A stretch of DNA of 63,888 bases, counting the filler, from Phoronis australis (taxonomy: Eukaryota > Animalia > Phoronida), in the NCBI GenBank assembly GCA_002633005.1. It is 8 parts of 8 records of this genome, joined end to end, with 100 filler letters (N's around TTAATTAATTAA, not from the genome) between each part and the next. Parts side by side here need not be neighbours in the genome. Positions count along the whole stretch, not along the records: positions 1 to 17,236 come from NMRA01000423.1; positions 17,337 to 21,796 come from NMRA01002584.1; positions 21,897 to 23,818 come from NMRA01001189.1; 5 more parts are not named here. One strand, 5' to 3'. Of this stretch, positions 11,380 to 22,000 are shown in pieces (position 1 is the first letter of the stretch; every line of letters starts with the position of its first letter). The notes under the pieces are model-generated. The model did no database searches. It worked only from the letters and a program-made list of their open reading frames with translations, and was not told the origin of the DNA. A program made the translations under genes and the position numbers.

Positions 11380-14300
11380 AAAAGGGCTGAGATTGATGTG
11401 ACGGGGTGGAGAGATATAGGTGTAGTCCGAGAAGAAGATAGTGTGAAGTTGGAGGTAAAAAGACTTAGTGCCGATAAGACGTGTTTTGTGGAGGTGGTGG
11501 TGGGAGGCAAGAAGTGTCAGGCAGTATTGGATTGTGGCGCTCAGGTTACGGTGGTGTCTGATAAGTTTTACAACTCGTTGCCTTGTAAACCTAAGATTGT
11601 TAAAGCGGTTAAAATGAGTACGGCTGGGAGAGATTTGGATATGGGAGGGTATGTGACTGAGATGGTATCCCTGCACATGGGTAGTAAGGTATACGGTAGT
11701 AGGTTATATGTAGCGCCGATTGAGGATGATATGCTTTTGGGGTTGGATGTGATCAGAAGGAATGGTTTAATTTTGGACTTCAAGAAGTTAGTGGTGAAAG
11801 ATGGGAGGCATTCTTGTCGGATATTTAGAGGGCAAGGGGGTGTGGAACGGACTGTTGAAGAGGAGGTGGTTTGTTCAGTTAAGCGGGTGGTGATTCCTCC
11901 TATGTCGGTTAAGGCGATTTGTGGTAAAACGAAGGGGTATAGTCGTAGAGGATGTATTCGGCCAGTCAAAGAGTCAGGGGTGATGGTGAGACAGGAACCT
12001 TGTGTGGTTGAGGCTGGTGAAGTATGGGTACATATAGTTAATTTTGCTAATGTATCTAAAGTGGTGAGAGCCAATGAAGTGGTTGCGATGGTCGGGGGTG
12101 AGGTTGATGACCACGTGGAGGTGGGTCAAGTGGGGGTTCAGGTTGATAAGGAGGGTGTTCCGGAGCATATTAGAGAGTTGTATGTCCGGTCTGTGGTTGA
12201 TATGTCGGAGGAAAACGCATTAAAGGTGAAAGAGCTATTAGTAGAGTATCAAGATGTTTTTGCCAAGGGTGATTTTGATTTGGGTAGCTTTGAAGCTATT
12301 AAACATGAGATAGATGTGGGAGATTCCAGGCCTGTTAAGTTAAGGATGAGACCGAAGGGCACATTTGAAAAGGATGCTGGAGGGGGGAATTATTAGAAGG
12401 TCAGTTTCGGAGTATGCGAGTGCTCCAGTTATTGTTAGGAAAAGAGATGGGTCGATTAGGTATGCGATCGATTATAGGGAATTGAATAAAGTGACTAAGA
12501 GAGATACTACCCCTCTTCCGCTGATTGAGGAATGTATTGATTCGATGGCAGGAAGTAGTTTGTATAGTAAGTTGGATGCTAATTCGGCGTACTATCAGGT
12601 AAAAGTTAAGGAGGGGGATGAACATAAGACTGCCTTTTTGACTAAAGAGGGGGTTTTTGAGTTTGTTCGGATGCCTTTTGGATTGAAGAATAGTGGGGCG
12701 ACATACTCTCGGAGCATGTTTTTGGTGTTGGATGGTCTTTTGTGGGAGAAGGTGATCGCGTTCTTGGATGATATTTTGGTAGTAGGTTCGACGATGGATG
12801 ATCATTTGTCTAATCTTAAGTTAGTGTTGGAAAGGTTTAGAAAATATGGACTTCGTCTAAAGCCTAGGAAATGCGAGCTATTTAAAGAACAGGTTACTTT
12901 TTTGGGTCGGCAGGTTAGAGCGAATGAGCTGTTTATGGGCGAAGAGCATATAGCTTCGGTACAGGAGTGGAAGAAACCTGAGACTACCAAAGACGTGGAA
13001 AAATTTTTGGGCTTTTGTAATTATCATAGAATGTTTATCAAGAATTTTGCAGAGATGGCAGCTCCTTTATACTTGATAACGGGGAAACAGAAGTATGTGT
13101 GGAGTGGTATTCAGCAGGAGGCTTTTGATATGCTGAAGAAGGCGTTAACGTCACCACCAGTATTATCTTTGCCAAATAGGGAGGATCAGTTTGTGCTTGA
13201 TGTTGATGCATCCAATTACGCTGTGGGGGGTGAATTGATTCAGGTTCAAGGAGGGGTGGAAAGAGTAATTGCATATGGAAGTGCGGCGTTAACTAAGGAG
13301 CAGAAGAGATATTGTACTACACGGAAAGAGTTGTTGGCTGTTCTTAAGTTTGTAAGGCAGTTTCGACATTACTTATTAGGGAAGCGTTTTACGGTAAGGA
13401 CTGATCATAATAGTTTGGTGTGGCTTTTGAATTTTAAGGAACCGAGGGATCAGTTGGCACGGTGGATGGAAGAATTGAGCCAATATGATTTTGAAATTGT
13501 ATATCGGTCAGGTAAGGCCCATGTGAATGCGGATGTTTTGTCTAGATTTGTGGAAGAAGATAAATGTGGATGTTATCAGGGGGAGGTCAATGTCAAGGAT
13601 TTGCCGTGTGGAGGTTGTAGGTATTGTGTGAGGGCGAGTCAGAAATGGGCTAACTTTGAGTCGCAAGTTAATGATGTGGTGCCTTTGGCTAGTAGGTCGG
13701 GATCTACCAGGGTTCGGGAAGTCGGAGAGGTTGAAGGGGAGTGGTCAGGGTTATGTATTGAGTGTATGGAAGATTATGTAGTGTTTCGGGTGGGAAATGG
13801 AGGTAACGAGTATACGATGGCGAGACGGAAGGTTCAGGTGAATAATATCTCGGTGCTTGACAATATTGAGGAAGGGTGCTTAGTAGTAGAACAAGAAAAG
13901 GATATTGGATTGAGGAATCTTAGGGAGTGGTTATTACAAGGTACGATGTTGGACAAAGGGGATATGTTTCTACTGAGTAAAGGCGAAAAGAAACTTTTGG
14001 TTGATAAGGATAGGTATCAGATAATGCGAGGATTGTTAATGAAGAGGAATAAGAAGGGGGAACTGGTAATAGTGGTTCCGGAGACATTGAAAGGTCAGGT
14101 GTTGCGTTTGTATCATGTCATGATGTTCCATTGGCGGGGCATCAGGGGGTAGTGAGGACGTTGGCTAAGATTAAGGAAAGATATACGTGGCATGGGATGA
14201 ACAATGATGTTCGGAAGTATGTGGAGGAATGTGTTCAGTGTAGTCTGGGGAAAAAAGCGAGCAGGAAGGCTAGGGCTCCGATGACTCAGTTTCATGCTGG

Positions 14301-15414
14301 TGTTCCTATGGAGAGAGTGCATGTCGATTTTTTAGGGCCTTTAAGCAGGACGGAGAGGGGCAATGAGTATGTGTTGATGTTGGTGGATCAATTTACGAAA
14401 TGGGTTGAATGTGTGCCGTTGCCATCTCAGTCGGCCGAGGTGACAGCTAGGGCTGCAGTTAATGAGTTTTTTAGTCGTTTTGGATGCCCGTTGAATATTA
14501 TGAGTGATCAGGGGGCTAATTTCGAGAGTACGTTGTTCAAGTCTATATGTGAATTGTTGCACATTCATAAGAGTCGGACGACTGCATATCGGCCATCTTG
14601 TAATGGTCAGGTGGAGCGATTTAACAGAACACTGATGGATGCGCTTAGATGTTATGTTGATAAGCATCAAGGGGACTGGGATTTATTTTTACCCCAATTA
14701 GCTGGTGCGATGAGAGCGTCTGTTAACAGGAGCACAGGATTTACGCCGAACATGTTAATGTTGGGGCGTGAGGTAAGTTCCCCGGCTGATTTAGTGTTTC
14801 CGGAGTCGTCCGTGCTGGATGGTGAGAGAAGAATGAGTGAGGTGGATTATGCGTCTAAGTTAGGGACGGTTCTCAGTGAAGTTCATGAGATTGCTAGGAA
14901 TTCTCTTAAAGCTAGTCAGAGGATTATGAAGAGAGACTATGACCTGAGTATTAACAGATTGGGTTTCCAGGTTGGCGAAGTGGTGATGTTGTTGGATGAG
15001 AGGGTTTGTAAAGATCCTAGGTTGTGTAAAAAGTTGATGCCATGTTGGAAGGGGCCGGCTATTATTGTGGCTAAATTGTCAGATTATGTGTTTCGGGTTA
15101 AGACCAGGGATAGGGCAGTAGTGGTTAATCATGATAGGATGAAAAAGTGTAAATGGCCAGAGTACAGATTACCTTGGTGGGTAAAAAAGGTAAGGGATGA
15201 TACGGAAGTGATGGCGAGGTGGGCGGATGGAAGGGTTACAGGTAAATTGTATTGCATTTGTAGAGAACCTAATGATGGGACTTTAATGGTACAGTGTGAT
15301 GGATGTTTGGAGTGGTTTCATGCCCGGTGCATTGGAGCTAATGCGCAGGAGTTGCATGATATGGAAGATTATATCTGCCCTATATGCCGTAATGACGGTT
15401 ATGATTATTTGTAG
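11320..15414 (+). CDS. pol: Pol polyprotein: protease, RT, RNase H, integrase, PHD finger (two frameshifts in this assembly)
   Basis: PR AVLDCGAQVTVV; RT RYAIDYRELN, MPFGLKNS, FLDDILV; RH LDVDASNYAVG, RTDHNSL, HVNADVLSR; IN H...GH...CVQC, HVDFLGP, SDQG, ERFNRTL; PHD YCIC...CDGC..WFH..C...CPIC. Frameshifts at ~12352 (26-nt deletion) and ~14115 (5-nt TCATG duplication). Confidence 0.93.
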
Positions 15415-15415
15415 G

Positions 15416-16009
15416 ATGGCTCAACGTGTGGTCGAAGAATTGACGGCAGCGTTGAGGAGGGAACAGTTGGTCGAGCCATTTAAGGTGATATCGAGGCTTG
15501 TTGAAGGGNAGGCGTGTCAGTGGGCTGGATGTTGTTTTGTTGGGGATGATATTGGGGCACATGTTCGCTTTTGGCATTTGCCGAGGTGTGTTTATAGGAG
15601 GGAGTCTGGTTTCGTGTTGAAGTTGGTTCGTCAGTTGGGGGAGATCTTGGTGGGAAGTGGGGATTTGGCGGTGATTAGGACATGGTTATTGGAAAATGGA
15701 GGGGATTTTGGAGAGTTGGGGGATGCGGATTTTAGGGAGGTTGTGAGGGTTTGTAGAGAGTTAGGGTGGGCGGTGCCGAAGGGTAGGTGCTTGAGGAGAT
15801 CACAGGTGATGTTGTTGTCTTGGAAAGGGGTTGAGGGGTTGATGAGGAGACTTTCGGTGGGACAGTTATGGGATTTGTTGAGGGATAGGCCTTTTTACAG
15901 AACTCAGGGTGGGGCATGGATTCGTGGATCTGGAGGGGAGGAGAGTAATGGGGTTTGTGGCGGTTGCAGTGGGATGAGGGATGGGGTGCTACAGTCTGGG
16001 AGGGAGTAG
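15416..16009 (+). CDS. ORF3 of the Gypsy element (197 aa), unknown function, C2H2-like motif
   Basis: ATG lies 1 nt after the pol stop (TAG G ATG). The protein contains CQWAGC...AHVRFWH and has no obvious signal peptide or transmembrane segment. One n at 15509. Confidence 0.55.
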   Translation: MAQRVVEELTAALRREQLVEPFKVISRLVEGXACQWAGCCFVGDDIGAHVRFWHLPRCVYRRESGFVLKLVRQLGEILVGSGDLAVIRTWLLENGGDFGELGDADFREVVRVCRELGWAVPKGRCLRRSQVMLLSWKGVEGLMRRLSVGQLWDLLRDRPFYRTQGGAWIRGSGGEESNGVCGGCSGMRDGVLQSGRE

Positions 16010-16347
16010 GTGTGTTGAGGACTGTAGTGGTGCTTTCTGTATATATGTTGATTTGGATTATTACATGAGAGTTATTATTTTGATATGGATTTATTATTTT
16101 GATAGGTTTTATTATTTTGGAACCAGGTTAGTGTTTTGTTTTGGAGTATCTATTCGGTGTTGGGGGGTTTTCTTTATGACGGGGAGGTGTATGGTGGGTA
16201 ATATTTACGGATTTCTCCGATGTTGACCGAGTGGCCTCGGTTGAGATTATTGGTTGGTTGAGTGGCCACTCCGGGTCTACTCTTTGGGCGGTTCGGACGT
16301 TCTGTGCTGGTGCTGTGATCAGTGTTCATGCAGGTAGGTATTCTACA

Positions 16348-16867
16348 CTAGTGTAACCTTCGTTTTACCAGTGAGCTCTTACCATCATCATTGCCAATCG
16401 AAAGGTCGTCGTTTAGAGACCCATACAGGCCGTGGGTTCATTATGCCACCATGCCACAGAATGTTCGACACCGCTTTCGCGTAGTCAAAAGTTGCTGCAG
16501 CACCTCACGGAGTATCACTCCCTACCAGAACCACAGGCGCTTGAGTTCATATCTGTTCCTAGATCACGACTGACTTATCCTATTACTGAAAACTTGCACA
16601 TGGTTACGAGTCATCGGGAAATTCGAGCGCCTGTGGTCAGAACTGACCAAGCTCTTGATTGATTAATCACCGCCAGAGGTAATTAGGCGGCAGATGGCGC
16701 TTCTGGAATTCAATATGGTGGCGCCCTGGAATTTGAGAATGAATAACGTGAGTGTTGCCTTTTCACCTTATTTTGTGTTGTTATTATGTGATGGAAGTCG
16801 GAGCCTTGTTGCTGGCAAAAGATTAGGGTAATTTTTTGCAATATGTTGTGAAAACAGGAAGTTCCGG
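16348..16867 (+). repeat. 3' LTR, cut on the right by an inserted repeat
   Basis: Similarity to the 5' LTR stops at GTTCCGG, exactly where CAGGGCTCGACATAACG begins. Confidence 0.88.
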
Positions 16868-17236
16868 CAGGGCTCGACATAACGAGCTGCAGGTCGCATT
16901 TGCGACCTGAAATTTGGAAATGCGAGCTGAGATTTTTGTCAGCTCGTATAAAGTCGCAAAATGCGACCTGGAATTTCCAACGAATGCGAGCTGAGTTTTT
17001 ACACTTCTCAACAGATACCTGGCAAATACAAAGCAGCTCTTGTTAATCCGACCGTTATTTGGTTGTTGCCAAATACAAGTTCAAAAGAACACTAACCGAG
17101 AACAGGCCTCCCGATGACTTGTAAGCAAGTCGCGTGAACATGGGATATGAAGAATCGATCTTTGACGCGTTTCATTGGCTAACACTTTCGGCCACTTTTG
17201 TAAATTCCCGGATTCGCCGAAGAAAGTTTCGGGCCA
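16868..17236 (+). mobile_element. Non-autonomous DNA element with a CAGGG (hAT-like) terminus; related copies at ~40940-41190 and ~43800-43970
   Basis: Shared blocks GCAGGTCGCATT.GCGACCTGAA.TTTGGAAATGC, TTGGTTGTTGCCAAAT, GAACACTAAC.GAGAAC and CCGAAGAAA.TTTCGG. Confidence 0.6.
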
Positions 17237-17336
17237 NNNNNNNNNNNNNNNNNNNNNNNNNNNNNNNNNNNNNNNNNNNNTTAATTAATTAANNNNNNNN
17301 NNNNNNNNNNNNNNNNNNNNNNNNNNNNNNNNNNNN
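17237..17336. other. Artificial contig spacer (44N-TTAATTAATTAA-44N); also at 21797-21896, 23819-23918, 46125-46224, 49401-49500, 59147-59246, 61850-61949
   Basis: The identical 100-nt pattern occurs seven times, and the 12-mer puts TAA in all six frames. Confidence 0.97.
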
Positions 17337-20300
17337 ATTAGGATGTGCGCCCAATTGTGAGAGTACAGCCAAACTAGAAACGTCAGGTCAAAAATATTAT
17401 ATTAAAGGAAAGTTCTCTTTACTTCAGTCTATGCTCGATGAGGCCCCCGTCTTCTCCACCACTAGAGCATAGCCGTTTGTTCAAACCAGAAACACCGTTT
17501 CGTTTTTTTCTTCGAATTTTTCTCCAATTTCTTTTCAATCCTGCTTAGTCCGTTTGTCTCAATTCCTGGTAATTGTTCTCCTTCAGTGAGTCACATATGG
17601 CATTATATACTAAAGGACTGCAGTCAGCATTGAGCTGAAACCAGGCATTCTTTATGGTAAATTTTGGTATGTTCTCCGTCAGATGACTCTAGGTTATCAT
17701 TTCGCTCGTGTTTGAAGGAGCCTTATCTTGCTGAACCACGTAATTGTTCCCAGGTTAAAGTGGCCTGCAACCCGAGATAAGATTTTCATTCGATAACTGC
17801 TTGTACGTGTGCAGGTGGCGTTGACTGGCTCTGTCAGTGTCAATAAAATGATTGCTTTTCTTCCCAGAATAATCTATAACTTCGTGGAAAATCTAGTTGT
17901 CTCGTGATAGAGTCGAGAGAGGCTGAATTTCTTGATTTTGTTTCCCAGAAACGCGATCTCATTTGCGATTTTAGTGATTTCTAGCGTAAAGTCTATTTGT
18001 TCAATAAATACCTTTCACACCATTGGCTGATCTACGGCCATGCAAGTATTGGCATCGAGTTCTTTAGGCCTATTTCTTTGTAACATTTCGATCTCTCCAT
18101 GATTCACGCACTCTTTTGAAGGATTTTGTCTCCAATTTTTTGCCAAACTTCGCACAAAAGAGTTGCTGACTTGTAAATCACTTGCACCGGCCTTCTGTCA
18201 GAGATTTGTGATTCCATGGGTTTTCCGCCTCGGATTGAATAAGTTCCTTAACACGATCTTCCATTTATTCGAACATGCGTCTTGGGTCTCATACTTTTAC
18301 TTGTAATTTTTACCCTCCTATACTGAATTTCACAGTACTTCCATATTTTTGATGTTTTTCTGAGATGCTGTGTATACTTATGAAGGAACCCCTGAAGATA
18401 CATTGTGAAATGCCTGAACGAAATCGATAGGTCAATTATTGACAATTTACATGTCAGAAAGTGACTCACTTTTTGGGACACTCATGCTATATATAAAAAT
18501 AATAATAAAGATTATAACTAAGTTAAAGAAATAACAAAAAATAGAAAGGTACTTAACAAGAAAAATAGGAGCACACAAAAACGGCGACACACTCCCAAGA
18601 AAATGAGTTGTAAGTATCCTAAGAAGGGCCCTCAACAGTCAGGGTATAGTTCAGTAACGCTTGGACTTACGCTAGGACCTCAATAAAATCTAGCCAAAAT
18701 CACGTCGTGTTCGCATTTAAAATGCAATATTTCATATAACCTTGCTTTTAGCAAGGTCCTTGCGTAACTGAACTCTTACACGGTTATTGTGTCTGCACCG
18801 CCAGTAGAATCTACAAATAAGGAAATTGCCTAAAGAAAAAACGGACAACGGATACTAAACATTGGTTGAAGGAGGTTTTTCAAATACACGTTGTATTTTT
18901 TATGTCTCCACAGAAAACTCTGACTAACATCCCGCTGTATGAGGTCATCAATTTTCACTCTGGCTGATTTAGCAGATTGTGTTAAGAGTTTCCTAATCGG
19001 TGCCGGATGCATAAAAGTTATTTGCTCTATGGTAACAATGACGTCACATTAATTATCACGCGTCACATTGTTATTGTTGAATAATGCACCTGGGCCCGGT
19101 CTCTAATCTTTGTACTCCAACCGAATTCGAAACTATTTTTGACAATTTCTCTGCTCCTTTTGTTCGAACTTAAGATAATTGGTGATCAGACTGTGCTCGA
19201 ATACATTATAGTTTATGCATAGAAGTTTCTAGTTCAAGTTTGCTCTTGAAGACCCTTATATTCGTGCTACAAACTCGAGTAAAAACTCGAACTTATTGCT
19301 TTAATATTGGGTTTACAAACTGTGAACCAAAGGCAATAAATTGTCTACGTCATAGACACTTATCTTGAGTTCGCCTAAAAGTAGAGTAGAAAATGCCAAT
19401 CCTAATTTCGGGTTCCATTTCGAGTAAAAAGATTGGAGACCGGGTCCTGATGTTATGCAACAATCAAATTTATCCAGCAGGTAATTTTGAGGTTTCATGC
19501 AATCCAGTTCTGTCTTAATTTGTCAGGGGTAACGAGCGTCAGTGGTACTTGATGTAGGGTGAAATTGCGAAATCTAACTTAATTTAAGACTGTGGTTGAA
19601 ACGACGACGACTACAAAACTATCACGAATTTGAGTCGTCGCTGCTGAAATGTCAACTTATAAACTATTTCAACGGTGCATCATTGGTTTCAATGATAATC
19701 GCAGTTTTGAAAGGTTCACCTTTCTTGAAAACGCGTGTCAATTTGACTTCATTTTTCTCTCATGACTTTCTTCATGATATCTTTACCATCTTATAGCAGT
19801 CTTTCCAAATTACACCATTGCAAAACGTACATGTATTGTTCTTAGCCATCTTCATCGCGGATCTGATGTCAGTAACTGGCCACATAGTCAAACACAAAAC
19901 CAATTGCGAGTTAAAAATAGCATTTCTACATCTTTGAAATTAATAATTTAATTGGTGAAGTGTGACAGGCGTAACTTGGGAGAAAAACGATAACATAGTT
20001 ACTTAGAAAGTGAATGTTTGCAATTCTAATATCCAATCAATTCTTTAAAAAATCAGACAAAATGATACGATCCCTTCTCAGTGGGAGTCTTAAGTTTTTG
20101 TTTCGTTTATTTGCAATGCTTCGTAATTACCTAAATACGTTTTTTCTCCAAAGAAAATAAGGTTACAATTAAGGTCCGATAACTCAGCACTTGGCCAACC
20201 ATGATATCATCCATACGGTGTTTCTTGTACGTGTCGTTAGTATTGACGTTTTCTGAATTGTCCAACGCCACTAAATTTGCGAATCTAAAGGCAATAAAAG

Positions 20301-20580
20301 CTTCATGCACGCAACGCTTTATCAATGTTTCAATACAGCCTACTATGTTTAAAATGAAAACTTGCAGAACCTTTTTGAAAACTGCAGCAAGTCAGATCTC
20401 TCACAGCCCTCTTGGGTGACACGGTGAGGCGTACATGTAAGATAAACTACCTGTAGGATACACTTTGTGTTGAATTTTCCGCCATTGAACTAAGTATTCG
20501 CCTCGTGTTAAAAGACAAAGAGCTCACATTATTTGTGTTCAACTTTGACCTTTATGATTCTCTCTATATTGCCTTTACAG

Positions 20581-20655
20581 AAATATCAAACTACGGTGCT
20601 GTTGGAGGCATGTATGATAGAGACGGGAAATGGTTCGTGAGCAAGTGGACTGAAA
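20581..20655 (+). CDS. Candidate isolated internal exon (ISNYGAVGGMYDRDGKWFVSKWTE), gene unknown
   Basis: TTTACAG acceptor and GTAAGC donor enclose 75 nt that are open only in phase 1. Confidence 0.25.
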
Positions 20656-21904
20656 GTAAGCATTATTGAACATCACCGATAAAACCATTTGGCAAGATAC
20701 TTACTGGTTAGCATTATTGCCCGGATGCAGTGTCGTTTTTTCTCGGTGGGAATGCCACCTTTTGCATTTATCCATAGTATTCAAATAAAAAGTAGAAAAT
20801 AGCAATATTTGTCTTTGGACTGTAGCCATAGATTTAAATTCTGCACATTTAATGGATAATTTCCGACCTCTAAAGCTTTAGTGGATTACAATTACAATAA
20901 TTACAGTAAAGAGTTAGCTAACATATCAACTAGGGAACAGTACTAGTACTATTCAATTCCCGAAGCAGAGAAGACAGACTTGATTACGTCCAGATTTACG
21001 TAAAGCAATCAGATTAAGATACACACTAAAATGATAAGTAATGAAATGACCAGGAAAAGAAAAAACTATCTGGAACCTGTGCTTCGCCTGGGTACCAGCC
21101 AGTGTAAGGGAATCAGCTTTAGCCAGGTTTTAGTTATGCGAGACATGGGGAAACAAAATATCTCGTAAAAGCTGAGATGTTATCAATACTTTCTAAAAGC
21201 CATTATTTGCTATTGTCATCCATTTTTTTTCATCCAATTTCGTTTTTTTTTTTTGTTATAGTCATTTCAGCACACACAAATGTGATGGTCATATTACCGC
21301 AACTTACATACACACATTGTGTCTTTATTGCCATACCTCAAATTTACATGTACAGATCTTTTCACGAATGTACCTTTCCTGTGTTTAGCTATAGTGAACA
21401 AAGTCCTCAATCAAATTATCTTGGTGCTATTCCCATCACTGTAGTAGAGCTTGGAGTCGGTTGCTGTACAAAAGGAATATGGCAAAGAGAGAGCTCAGTA
21501 GCCTTGGCATGTAGAATACAGGAACTCCTGTGCAACAAATCTCTCACAGATTTCAGACCTTCAGCAAAAGAATTGGTGGCCAGCCACATTCACATAGGGC
21601 CTATATGTAAAAATTTACTGGCCCCGCATAAAATTTACTAGCACCGCAACAAATTTACTGGCCCCGAGCCACTGTGTATTTCGAACGCTGTTCTCACAAT
21701 GTGTTGTCTTCCAGCACATAGAGCATATGCGCACCCAGCGTTCGATATGGGGCGGGGCTCGAATTCCCGACCTTGTGGGCCATTTTCAAACAAAAGNNNN
21801 NNNNNNNNNNNNNNNNNNNNNNNNNNNNNNNNNNNNNNNNTTAATTAATTAANNNNNNNNNNNNNNNNNNNNNNNNNNNNNNNNNNNNNNNNNNNNTTCT
21901 TGAA

Positions 21905-22000
21905 TGGCATCCTCAGCTTCTGATCGTCCCCAATACACTACATATGATTATTTAATATTTATATATAGTGTAAGGGGGCGATCAGAAGCTGTGGACGCCT
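21905..22000. repeat. Fold-back (inverted repeat) element; one arm recurs at ~48925-48968
   Basis: GGCATCCTCAGCTTCTGATCGTCCCC..TACACTA ... TAGTGTA..GGGGCGATCAGAAGCTGTGGACGCC. Confidence 0.7.

Larger units (their letters stand above)
8743..16867 (+). mobile_element. Ty3/Gypsy LTR retrotransposon (gag, PR-RT-RH-IN with C-terminal PHD finger, ORF3)
   Basis: Two highly similar ~520-bp direct repeats flank ORFs with the domain order PR-RT-RH-IN, which is diagnostic of Gypsy. The element contains an N gap (9395-9707) and assembly duplications. Confidence 0.95.

Noticed and set aside
10114-14670. Multiple antisense ORFs within the Gypsy element
   Set aside because: No recognisable motifs; explained by the compositional bias of the sense strand.
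17425-17472. tRNA-like 3' end (TCGA...TCTCCACCA) within a hairpin
   Set aside because: No cloverleaf 5' half or A box could be built.
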